Of a DNA stretch of 29,288 nt, positions 16,386-24,979 are shown in pieces (the stretch's first letter is position 1; each line of letters starts with the position of its first letter). This DNA comes from Nitrosopumilaceae archaeon. GTDB lineage: Archaea > Thermoproteota > Nitrososphaeria > Nitrososphaerales > Nitrosopumilaceae. The position numbers and the translations under genes are program-made. Location: positions 1 to 29,288 of the forward strand of contig DAINYW010000020.1 of NCBI GenBank assembly GCA_036749235.1, given 5' to 3'. The notes below the pieces were generated by a model. That model searched no databases, was not told the DNA's origin, and saw only the letters and a program-made list of their open reading frames with translations.

Positions 16386-17294
16386 ATGAAAAGAATTCTT
16401 TGCATTCTAATAATTTCTGGATTAATATTTTCTACGACTCAAGTCTTTGGTCAACAACTAGCAGTGGGTCAACATGCACTTGAAGATCTTAAAATTAGAA
16501 TATATGAAAATGGCACCGCCTCTGTAGTACACGAAGTTAAGGGAGACAAGACTAAACCTGTCCAGGTTGAAATGTTCAACGGTAGCTTGACCAATTTTTC
16601 TGTCGTAGACCAAGATGGTAATTCGGTTCAATATTCTACACTTTCAGGATCTCCCATGAGTGTCTTGATAATGCCAACAGATAGAAATGTAACATACATC
16701 AAATATGATTTGCCAAATATCGTATCAAACAAAGATGGCGTGTGGGAATGGAACTACCATGGACCATCCGACATTACATTTACTGACTTTTACTTTCCAA
16801 AAGGAGTGGACGTGATCTGGGTATACGACGAGCCAGCGTATCTTGGTGAAAAGGGTAGCAGAATTCACGGTAATGGATTTCCCATACATTATGTCATCAA
16901 TGAATCTGTCAGTATTCAAAATGTTCAGTGGCAGGACAAAGGCTTTGGTGTGGGAATAAGAACTGCATCAGGATTAGGAAATTATGTTTTTGATCAATCC
17001 CAAAAGACTTACGCCTTTGATGTTACCAAGCCCAACTCATTCGTTACCATAATAATGCCACAAGAGCTTTTGTGGGGCCCATATGATATCACAATAAATG
17101 GAAACAAGACACTTCACACACAATATCACAACAATGGAACACACGTCTGGATAGGAATAAGACCTGCTTCAAGTGGCACTGTACAGATTACAGGAACAAC
17201 GGTAGTACCAGAGTTCCCACTCATTATGCCATTGGCTATAGCCATTTCAGCTGTTGTACTATTACGGTTTACCAACAGGTTTAGTTTCCACTAG
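16386..17294 (+). CDS. Secreted surface protein with PEF(G)-CTERM-like archaeal sorting signal
   Basis: 302 aa with an N-terminal signal peptide. The C-terminus is VVPEFPLIMPLAIAISAVVLLRFTNRFSFH: a PEF motif, a transmembrane helix, then basic residues. Confidence 0.65.
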   Translation: MKRILCILIISGLIFSTTQVFGQQLAVGQHALEDLKIRIYENGTASVVHEVKGDKTKPVQVEMFNGSLTNFSVVDQDGNSVQYSTLSGSPMSVLIMPTDRNVTYIKYDLPNIVSNKDGVWEWNYHGPSDITFTDFYFPKGVDVIWVYDEPAYLGEKGSRIHGNGFPIHYVINESVSIQNVQWQDKGFGVGIRTASGLGNYVFDQSQKTYAFDVTKPNSFVTIIMPQELLWGPYDITINGNKTLHTQYHNNGTHVWIGIRPASSGTVQITGTTVVPEFPLIMPLAIAISAVVLLRFTNRFSFH

Positions 17295-17325
17295 ATTATT
17301 AATAGTAAGAATTCAACGAGCCGAC

Positions 17326-17511
17326 ATGCAATGTGGCTGTCACTGCATAAAGTGTGGTAGCACAGATTTGACGTCAAACCGCGTAGGAGAGATTGAAAGC
17401 GATGGATATTATGATATGCATCACACCTGCCGCAAATGTAATACACACTTTGACCATCTGGAGGGTGATATGTTTAATTCCTGTGAGAACTGTGGTTACG
17501 AATCTAGTTAA
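17326..17511 (+). CDS. Small Cys-rich zinc-ribbon protein
   Basis: The internal ATG gives a 61-aa protein, MQCGCHCIKCGS...HHTCRKCNTHF...NSCENCGYESS, with three CxxC pairs plus a CxCxC run. The track's upstream extension overlaps the end of the preceding gene. Confidence 0.5.
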   Translation: MQCGCHCIKCGSTDLTSNRVGEIESDGYYDMHHTCRKCNTHFDHLEGDMFNSCENCGYESS

Positions 17512-17992
17512 CTTCTAGCAGCCTGACAGCAGAATAGTAGCTGCGTTTTTCCCTCAAGTCCTTTTGCAGTTCGGTATTGAATGCCATATTTGTCAAGACT
17601 TTGGATACATCTAGGGGTACTGTAGCCCACCCATATTCACGCAGTTGAGATACCACCTCAGAGACTGTTCGTGGCTGGTCAAAGAAAGAGTCTTGAATTA
17701 GGATATTTATCTTGTTTCGGATCTGGTTCTTGTTTATAAACTCAGGTTCTACGAATTCAGGCTCGTGAATCTCTGCTTCCTCTAACATGTTTAGTGCTCC
17801 TATGCCATGCGAAGCATAGGGAGCATCATACGAGTATTGATATTGGATATTGCTATTTGAATTTGAACCATAATCTTTCACAAAGCTAGCAAGGTTGCAT
17901 ATTACCTCGTTTACACTTTGATTATCAACGTAAAAGTCCTTGGATTCTATCTCAATTTCATTTTCACCGTATTTTATTTTGATTTTGGCCAT
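17504..17992 (-). CDS. Hypothetical protein, possible C-terminal winged-helix
   Basis: I placed the start at ATG 17992 (MAKIKIKYG...); the track's TTG at 18073 is less likely. Contains SNSNSN low complexity and an EPEFVEPEF repeat. No family recognised. Confidence 0.45.
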   Translation of the reverse strand: MAKIKIKYGENEIEIESKDFYVDNQSVNEVICNLASFVKDYGSNSNSNIQYQYSYDAPYASHGIGALNMLEEAEIHEPEFVEPEFINKNQIRNKINILIQDSFFDQPRTVSEVVSQLREYGWATVPLDVSKVLTNMAFNTELQKDLREKRSYYSAVRLLEVN

Positions 17993-18128
17993 TTTGCAAC
18001 TTTCAATCTTTCTATTTTGATTTATTCTGCTAGCTCTAAGTAGCTTAGAAAAGAGATCAAAAAGTTTACACAAATTATCTGGATTTTTTTCCTAATCTCG
18101 CTAAAAAGGAATTTTTCAACTCATAGTC

Positions 18129-18599
18129 ATGAAAAGAGGTTCGAAGGTTGCTCTAGTGTCAATTATCATCGTTGCAATAGGCGCATTTGCTTATATTCAG
18201 TACGTGTCTGCAACTCATCTTCATGTTTCAATCCTTGAAAGCAAGGTGGTTGAGAAAAACAAGGATGGGACACTATACGACATGCAACTAGAGTTCAAGA
18301 ATCCCTCTTTACTAGTTCTGAACATAGGAAAGACTGACTTTGTCATATCAGTTGACGGCGAGAACCTTGGAACTGGAGTATTGCAGCCTTCGGAGATTCC
18401 AGCCATGGGAAAGACTGTTTCTCAGACTCCGTTTGTAGCTGATAACACAGTACTTCACAAATACGATGCTAGTGATAATATTCCCAATGTTAAGCTCACC
18501 GGAACAAGCAAATATGATCTCTTGTTTATTTCAGTGAATATTCCATTCACGTATTATCCTACACAAGAAGAAGCTAGAGGATTTATACACGGAACCTAG
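18129..18599 (+). CDS. Membrane-anchored LEA_2 / NDR1-HIN1-like (WHy-type) protein
   Basis: 156 aa with an N-terminal transmembrane helix, then LEFKNPSLLVLNIGKTDFVISVDGENLGTG. Same architecture as 12297..12794. Confidence 0.65.
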   Translation: MKRGSKVALVSIIIVAIGAFAYIQYVSATHLHVSILESKVVEKNKDGTLYDMQLEFKNPSLLVLNIGKTDFVISVDGENLGTGVLQPSEIPAMGKTVSQTPFVADNTVLHKYDASDNIPNVKLTGTSKYDLLFISVNIPFTYYPTQEEARGFIHGT

Positions 18600-18611
18600 A
18601 TTCAGCAAAGT

Positions 18612-19505
18612 ATGCTGACAGTCTTTGGATCTGTTGCCCTAGACACCATAAGAACGCCAACAAGAGTTGTAAAGAATGCACTTGGAGGAGCCGCAACATA
18701 CGCCGCAATCTCAGCAAGTTTCTTTGAGAGACCAGGACTTATTGCTGTTGTAGGTAATGATTTTCCTAAACGATATCAAAGCCTGCTGAATAGATTTGCA
18801 GATACTAAGGGAGTTGTCTATGCGAACGGACGGACCTTCAGATATGACGGAAGCTATGACCTAACACTAACCTATAGAACTACAAACAGGACAGAACTCA
18901 ACGTACTGAAGAATTTCAAACCCATTGTTCCACAAGAATATCAAAAGTCGCAATTTGTTTATCTGGCAAATAATGATCCAGCCCAGAATACGAGGATCTT
19001 AAAGGAATTTGATAGGGTCAAATTTTCAATGTGTGACACAATAGAGTTCTGGATCTCAACAAAGAGAAATGATGTTATCAAAATGGTTGGTGCAGTTGAT
19101 TGTGTTGTGATAAACGATGAAGAAGCTAAACTTCTTACAAAGACCCACAACCTCATCAAAGCTGCTAGAAAAATCATGGAGTGGGGTGCAAAGTATGTCA
19201 TCATAAAGAAAGCCGAGCATGGTTCTCTGCTATTTTACGATGATATAGTCTTCCCCTCACCGGCATTTTCGATGGAAAATATTGTTGATCCCACGGGAGC
19301 GGGAGACTCTTTTGCCGGTGGAATGATTGGATATCTTTCAAGCAAGAATAGCACAAAGTTATCTATTATCAAGGAAGCCTCAGTCTATGGAAACATAATG
19401 GGCTCATTTGCCGTGGAAAAATATGGTGTGTACGGAATAACTAGGCTTAAAAAATCTAACATTAGGAAGAGATTCAGTCGCTATAGGAAAATGGTTCATT
19501 TCTAA
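18612..19505 (+). CDS. PfkB-family carbohydrate/nucleoside kinase
   Basis: 297 aa with the C-terminal DPTGAGDSFAGGMIGYL signature and an N-terminal GG dipeptide region (LGGAATYAA). Confidence 0.85.
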   Translation: MLTVFGSVALDTIRTPTRVVKNALGGAATYAAISASFFERPGLIAVVGNDFPKRYQSLLNRFADTKGVVYANGRTFRYDGSYDLTLTYRTTNRTELNVLKNFKPIVPQEYQKSQFVYLANNDPAQNTRILKEFDRVKFSMCDTIEFWISTKRNDVIKMVGAVDCVVINDEEAKLLTKTHNLIKAARKIMEWGAKYVIIKKAEHGSLLFYDDIVFPSPAFSMENIVDPTGAGDSFAGGMIGYLSSKNSTKLSIIKEASVYGNIMGSFAVEKYGVYGITRLKKSNIRKRFSRYRKMVHF

Positions 19506-19539
19506 CAAAGGTTATAGATATCAAATTAAAAAAAAGCCC

Positions 19540-19872
19540 ATGGATGATAAGCTAGAAACGATCTTCAGCCTGCAAAAAAATCTAGAAAGAATGATGAATT
19601 TAGATCGCTATCCAAAGGATACTCAAGGGAAAATCTCTGCTTTATGTACAGCCATTATTCATGAGGCTGTAGAACTTCAAATGACCACGAGCTGGAAGTG
19701 GTGGAAAAAGCCAATTCCCTTGGATGAAGCTGCTGCTCGCGAAGAACTTATTGATATATGGCATTTTGTAGTTCAGGCATCCATAGAGTTGAACATGACA
19801 CCGGGAGATATCTTGAAGGAATATCAGAAAAAGCACCAGATCAATAAGCAGCGGCAAATAGATGGATACTAA
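19540..19872 (+). CDS. All-alpha NTP pyrophosphohydrolase (dimeric dUTPase / MazG-like)
   Basis: 110 aa. HEAVELQ...WKWWKK...EELIDIWHF matches the metal-binding E..E / E..D helices of this superfamily. Confidence 0.55.
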   Translation: MDDKLETIFSLQKNLERMMNLDRYPKDTQGKISALCTAIIHEAVELQMTTSWKWWKKPIPLDEAAAREELIDIWHFVVQASIELNMTPGDILKEYQKKHQINKQRQIDGY

Positions 19873-20348
19873 TTTTTCATTTCAATTGTAGATTTTAGAT
19901 TCGAAATCCTAGTATCTCCGATTTTATCAATAATTTTCACCTGCTTTTGAAACCTTGACACTTCTTGCTTTGTAAGAGACACAATTGGTTCTGGACTTTG
20001 TGAGCCAACAATTTTTCCATTTTCACCAATGCCATTTTTGTACAAACAAAGCAAAGAATGTCCTGGTCTATGACCTGTAGCATCCTCACCACACAATATG
20101 ATTGTGTTAATCTTAGTATTTGAAATTACGTATCTTACAAGCGAGTCTATTCCTTTGTTTTCTGATAGTAGTCTTCCAGCTACGGCAATTTTATCCATTA
20201 CTGAAGAATTTGCAATTTCTCTGAGAAGACTTATGCTCGAGAGAGTACACAGTACAATATTAGATTTTGAATTTCCAAAGAAAATCCTCTCTTCTATGGG
20301 GAGGAGGATTTTACATAATTCACCAGCAATTTCTTCGATTAGATTCAT
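19869..20348 (-). CDS. MtrA-like protein (stand-alone homologue of tetrahydromethanopterin S-methyltransferase subunit A)
   Basis: LSENKGIDSLVRYVISNTKINTIILCGEDATGHRPGHSLLCLYKNGIGENGKIVGS matches the MtrA core. The ATG at 20348 overlaps the DegT stop (ATGA). The track's longer N-terminus overlaps that gene. Confidence 0.7.
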   Translation of the reverse strand: MNLIEEIAGELCKILLPIEERIFFGNSKSNIVLCTLSSISLLREIANSSVMDKIAVAGRLLSENKGIDSLVRYVISNTKINTIILCGEDATGHRPGHSLLCLYKNGIGENGKIVGSQSPEPIVSLTKQEVSRFQKQVKIIDKIGDTRISNLKSTIEMKN

Positions 20349-21433
20349 TTTTGCACTAATTGATGTAATGTCTTTGAAATATAATGTAGGTTGTTCTCGT
20401 CTACAAGAGGATGGACTGGTAAGCTCAAAACGGAAGAGGCTGCCCAATCAGTGATAGGTAGTCTTGTTTTGCTGCGATAAAGTGGAGTCCTATGTACAGG
20501 AATAGAATAGTACGGATACGCTCCTATTCCCTTTGAGTTTAGTTGCTTCATGATATCATTACGATTTTTGGTACCTATGGTATAAAGATACCAGTTTACT
20601 TGTACGTTTTGTCTTTCGCTGGGCAAGATGATATCAAGATCAGATAAAAGTTCGGAGAGAATCTTGGCATTTTTCTTTCTTTTCTCAAGAAATTTTGGCA
20701 GCTTTTTCATCTGTATTTTGGCAATGGCGGCAGAAATTTCTGGAAGTCTTAGATTCAGTCCCAGTATTCTTGTATCGTATGGATGTAGCATGCCATGATT
20801 TCGGATCTTACGCAACTTTTCGAAAATATTCCTATCATTTGTGACAATAGCACCGCCTTCACCGGATGTCACTACCTTTGCAGCATACATGCTAAAGCAG
20901 CCCATTCTTGAGAATGTTCCTGATTGTTTTCCTCTGTAAGTGGTTCCAAGTGATTGGGCAGCGTCCTCTATGACATCAAGATTATGTTTCCTTGCCATCT
21001 TAGAGATTTCTCGCATGTAGGCAAAGTTTCCGTAAAGATGTACAGGCATTATTGCCTTTGATCTTCTCGTGATCTTCTTCTCAAGATCATCTGGATCCAT
21101 AGTATAATTTTCTGGAAGTATATCAACAAATACTGGCTTTGCTCCTACAGAAAGTATAGAGTTTGCTGTAGCTACAAAAGTAAATGACGGTAACAAAACT
21201 TCGTCCCCAGTTTTGATATCAAGTGCATAGAGTGCAGCCTGCAAGGCAGCCGTACCAGAGTTCACTGCTACTGCATATTTTGATTTGACATAAGATGCTA
21301 GGAGCCTCTCAAATTCCTGGACACGTTCGCCACCAACATTTGCTGCAGAAGTTAGAGATTTTTCCGATAAGACAGAACGTACCTCATTTATCTCCTCTTT
21401 TTCAATTATTGGAACGTTTATCGGAATTTTCAA
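20345..21433 (-). CDS. DegT/DnrJ/EryC1/StrS-family PLP-dependent sugar aminotransferase
   Basis: 362 aa with AVAVNSGTAALQAAL, DVIEDAAQSLG and FSMYAAKVVTSGEGG (PLP-lysine region). Uses a TTG start. Confidence 0.85.
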   Translation of the reverse strand: MKIPINVPIIEKEEINEVRSVLSEKSLTSAANVGGERVQEFERLLASYVKSKYAVAVNSGTAALQAALYALDIKTGDEVLLPSFTFVATANSILSVGAKPVFVDILPENYTMDPDDLEKKITRRSKAIMPVHLYGNFAYMREISKMARKHNLDVIEDAAQSLGTTYRGKQSGTFSRMGCFSMYAAKVVTSGEGGAIVTNDRNIFEKLRKIRNHGMLHPYDTRILGLNLRLPEISAAIAKIQMKKLPKFLEKRKKNAKILSELLSDLDIILPSERQNVQVNWYLYTIGTKNRNDIMKQLNSKGIGAYPYYSIPVHRTPLYRSKTRLPITDWAASSVLSLPVHPLVDENNLHYISKTLHQLVQK

Positions 21434-21507
21434 TTATACAGTATCGAATTTCCCACTATAATTAAACTTCTGGGATATGATAAAACCAATTTTTATATCT
21501 TGGAGAT

Positions 21508-22086
21508 ATGAACCGAGATCAAATGAAAGTACACCTACAGGAAAGCGAGCCGGGATACAGGATCTTTCTGTACGTTTTCTACGCATGCGCATTCATCATG
21601 GCATCGGTCGCGTTCTTTGGAATTTATTCAATGAATCAAGAATGGTCTACAAAAGGCACGTATGTTATGGGCGAAGTGCTGGTAAAGACAGAATTTCCAA
21701 CATCACATTTTGCCAAGTTAATTACATGGTTATTTTTCTCATCATTAATTGGATGGTACTGCGTTTCACGAATTGGTTGGAAAAAGGCTGTCAAAATATC
21801 TGCCTGGAAGCTTACTCTAGTACAACTTATGCTTGTAGGATTTACTATAATTTGCTTGTATGAGACAATCTACAACTTTATACTCCTTGGATCACAGATT
21901 ACAGCTGGTATAGTCAATGGAAAGGTTCCTGATATTGACTCGCTAACGGTAGCCTATCCCGATCCGAACAGGCCATGGAATCTTATCTTTGCAACAAAGA
22001 TTTTTCTGGCTGCTTTCCTTATTAGTGCACACGCATTATACCTGAGCACAAAGCCTAGAAAGTCAGTTCAGGAATTAGATGCGTAA
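21508..22086 (+). CDS. Integral membrane protein, unknown function
   Basis: 192 aa with four or five predicted hydrophobic helices. Preferred over the overlapping ORF 21477..21863, which has non-protein-like composition. Confidence 0.55.
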   Translation: MNRDQMKVHLQESEPGYRIFLYVFYACAFIMASVAFFGIYSMNQEWSTKGTYVMGEVLVKTEFPTSHFAKLITWLFFSSLIGWYCVSRIGWKKAVKISAWKLTLVQLMLVGFTIICLYETIYNFILLGSQITAGIVNGKVPDIDSLTVAYPDPNRPWNLIFATKIFLAAFLISAHALYLSTKPRKSVQELDA

Positions 22087-22119
22087 ATTTATAGCATTAC
22101 ATGGTAGTATCTGACTGAA

Positions 22120-23166
22120 ATGGATGTTACAGAAAAGATAGATCTTGTAACTAGGGATCCAACAGAGGAAGTAGTTACAAGAGAAGAGTTGGTTAATCTC
22201 TTCAATACAAATCCACATCCCAAGCACTACATCGGTTTGGAGATCTCCGGCTTTTTGCACCTTGGAAGCCTCATATTAACAGGATTTAAAATAAATGACT
22301 TTGTCAAAGCTGGAGTAAAGTGTATCGTATTCCTAGCAGACTGGCACACTTACATAAACAACAAGCTTGGTGGAGACTGGGAAAAGATACAGATAGTATC
22401 AAAGTATTATGCAGATGCCTTCAAACTTTTTTGCCCGGGCGCAGAGATTCTGGAAGGTTCTCAACTCTACGAATCAAGAAAGGGCTACTGGATGGACCTA
22501 GTCAAATTTGCAAAAAATATGTCGCTTGACCGTACGATGCGCTCACTTACAATTATGGGAAGAAGTGCCGAGAAAGACAAGATTGATCTTGGCCAGCTCT
22601 TCTATCCTCCGATGCAGGCTGTTGACATCCACACGATGGATCTCGATATAGTCCACGCGGGTATGGACCAGCGAAAGATCCACATGCTTGTAAGGGAAAT
22701 TTTTCCAAAGATGAAATGGAAAGTTCCTGTAGCAGTCCATCATCACATACTGGCTGGTTTGGGTGAGCCAGAACCTGCTGATTCTGAATTTGTTTCAAGT
22801 AAAATGAGTAAATCAAAATCTGCATCAGGAATATTTATTCATGATTCTGACGAGGAAATCAATTCTAAATTCAAGAAGGCCTGGTGCCCTGAAGGTGTCG
22901 TAGAAAGAAATCCACTGCTTGAGATTGCAAGATATATTGTGTTTCACGAATTTAGCGAAGTTACCGTTGAAAGATCAGCTAAATTTGGGGGGAGTGTTAC
23001 TTATATAAGCTATCAAGAACTTGCGAAGGATTTTGCACAAAAGAAATTGCATCCTTCCGATCTGAAGACAACAGCTGCCAAGTATGTAATTGATATAATC
23101 AAGCCAATAAGAGAGAAGGTTGTTTTGACAAAAGATCTTCTAGAAGCAGTTATGAGAACTGTCTAA
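22120..23166 (+). CDS. tyrS: Tyrosine--tRNA ligase (archaeal type)
   Basis: 348 aa, collinear with archaeal TyrRS. Has a HIGH-like motif EISGFLHLGS, YPPMQAVDI, GMDQRKIHML, KMSKSK and a C-terminal KFGG...LHPSDLK. Confidence 0.9.
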   Translation: MDVTEKIDLVTRDPTEEVVTREELVNLFNTNPHPKHYIGLEISGFLHLGSLILTGFKINDFVKAGVKCIVFLADWHTYINNKLGGDWEKIQIVSKYYADAFKLFCPGAEILEGSQLYESRKGYWMDLVKFAKNMSLDRTMRSLTIMGRSAEKDKIDLGQLFYPPMQAVDIHTMDLDIVHAGMDQRKIHMLVREIFPKMKWKVPVAVHHHILAGLGEPEPADSEFVSSKMSKSKSASGIFIHDSDEEINSKFKKAWCPEGVVERNPLLEIARYIVFHEFSEVTVERSAKFGGSVTYISYQELAKDFAQKKLHPSDLKTTAAKYVIDIIKPIREKVVLTKDLLEAVMRTV

Positions 23167-24139
23167 GATACGGTCTAACTTTTTTAGAAAATAGCGAAAG
23201 CATTTCTAAAGATTTTGATAATCCGATAAAGTTCACAATGAAGTAGTTAATGTCGATTCTCAAGTACCTCTGCAGGTGATCAACTACCTCATCCGGAGTC
23301 CCCAATGCGATGCTATCCTTTGAACGCATTATAAACTCGGCCACAGATTCATTTTTTTTCTTTAGCTTCGACACAGTCTCTTTTACATCATCTTTATCCT
23401 TTCCAACTAGAATTCTTAGCAGAACCGAATTCTCAATTTCTTCATAATTTCGGCCAAGCAAGTTGCACTTATCTTTTAGTAAGGAAATTTTCTCTTCTAA
23501 TATTTCTGGAGTACCAAAGGGATGATTATAACGAGTAGCATGTTTTGCAACAACTTCGATAAGTTTTCTGCCCCCTCCGCCGACCATAATAGGCGGATGT
23601 GGCTTTTGAATTGGTTTTGGATTACATATGGCATTCTTAATAGAGTAATGTTTTCCCTTGAAGCTTGATTTGGCATTTTGCCACATTTTTTTAATTATGT
23701 TCAATGATTCATCAAGTTGCTCGATTCTGGCCGCAGGATAATCAAATTTGTAGCCGTAAGAATTGTACTCATACTCAAACCATCCAGCTCCAATGCCAAA
23801 CTCCAATCTCCCATTACTTATCGCATCTAGTGTAGATGTTATCTTTGCTAGAAGAGATGGTTGTCTATAAGAATTGCAAGTAACTACTTGACCGATTCGC
23901 AGTACTGAAGTAATTCCAGCGATCGCAGAAAGTAGAGTGTAAGCTTCAAAGAAAGGTCCACCTCGATTGTCTCCAGGATATGGTACAAAATGATCATAGA
24001 CATAACCTGCATCATATCCTAAATTCTCGGCCTTTACAGCAACACTTTTGGAGAAGAGAAATTGTTCACGTGGATTATCTGTCGGAAATTCGTCCAGCCA
24101 TCCCTGTGGTAAGGTAAGACCTACTTTGACTGGTCTCAT
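23150..24139 (-). CDS. Luciferase-like monooxygenase (LLM) class, probably F420-dependent, oxidoreductase
   Basis: 329 aa. The TIM-barrel LLM pattern includes LGYDAGYVYDHF, GRLEFGIGAGW and PHPPIMVGGGG. Its 3' end overlaps tyrS by 17 nt (convergent). Confidence 0.8.
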   Translation of the reverse strand: MRPVKVGLTLPQGWLDEFPTDNPREQFLFSKSVAVKAENLGYDAGYVYDHFVPYPGDNRGGPFFEAYTLLSAIAGITSVLRIGQVVTCNSYRQPSLLAKITSTLDAISNGRLEFGIGAGWFEYEYNSYGYKFDYPAARIEQLDESLNIIKKMWQNAKSSFKGKHYSIKNAICNPKPIQKPHPPIMVGGGGRKLIEVVAKHATRYNHPFGTPEILEEKISLLKDKCNLLGRNYEEIENSVLLRILVGKDKDDVKETVSKLKKKNESVAEFIMRSKDSIALGTPDEVVDHLQRYLRIDINYFIVNFIGLSKSLEMLSLFSKKVRPYLRQFS

Positions 24140-24146
24140 TCTAGCT

Positions 24147-24929
24147 TCAACTTGTTTGCGGTTCTACAATGTTGTACTTTGAAGTATAACCGCGCGGATT
24201 TATCATCAGGTCTTTGTACCGAAACGTAGAAGAGTTACCAATTATGACAGTAGTAATCATTCCCAGCTTGTCTTGATGACTTTCCATATTTTCCAAATCT
24301 GTAAGAACAATTTCTTGAGATTCTCTAAACGCTCCTTTTACAATTGCAACTGGTGTGCTTTGTGATCTGTATTTTAGTAAAATCTTTCTAGTATCTTGTA
24401 GTTGATGAATTCTCTTCTTACTTGCAGGATTGTATATTACAATAACAAAGTCGCCCTGAGCTGCTGCCTCTACTCTTTTTACTATAATTTCCCATGGAAC
24501 AAGCAAATCACTCATGCTGACAACCGCAAAATCAGTCATAAGCGGTGAGCCCACTAATGCGGCACATGAATTAAGCGATGAAACTCCCGGGACAATTTCA
24601 ACATCTAACCCAGTCTTCCTGTCCCATTCTTCTTCTGCCAACATTTCATAGATGAGTCCTGCCATTCCATAGATGCCAGGATCTCCACTTGAAACTAGGG
24701 AAACTGTCTTGCCAGACTTTGCAAGCTCGATGCACTGGTGTGCTCTCTCAACTTCCTGCGTCATGGCATATCTATGAATTTCTTTTCCTTCAATCAGATC
24801 CTCAACTAGGCTCACATAAGTTTCATAGCCAACAATTGTATCGCTTTCTTCGATTACCTCTTTTGCACGAAAAGTCATGTGATCATGATGACCAGGTCCC
24901 ACACCCACGATATACAATTTGCCAGTCAT
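24147..24929 (-). CDS. cbiH: Precorrin-3B / cobalt-factor III C17-methyltransferase
   Basis: 260 aa. Has LYIVGVGPGHHDHMTFRAKEVIEESDTIVGYETY plus SSGDPGIYGMAG, the tetrapyrrole methylase fold in the CbiH/CobJ pattern. Confidence 0.85.
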   Translation of the reverse strand: MTGKLYIVGVGPGHHDHMTFRAKEVIEESDTIVGYETYVSLVEDLIEGKEIHRYAMTQEVERAHQCIELAKSGKTVSLVSSGDPGIYGMAGLIYEMLAEEEWDRKTGLDVEIVPGVSSLNSCAALVGSPLMTDFAVVSMSDLLVPWEIIVKRVEAAAQGDFVIVIYNPASKKRIHQLQDTRKILLKYRSQSTPVAIVKGAFRESQEIVLTDLENMESHQDKLGMITTVIIGNSSTFRYKDLMINPRGYTSKYNIVEPQTS

Positions 24930-24979
24930 CTACAGTAAGAAATTTTTAGAGTAAATTTATCCCTTTTGATAGGTTGCCA

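Noticed and set aside
21477-21863. 128-aa ORF overlapping the membrane-protein ORF on the same strand in another frame
   Set aside because: Its composition is Arg/Trp/Cys-rich and irregular. The 21508..22086 frame gives clean hydrophobic helices, and only one of the two can be real.
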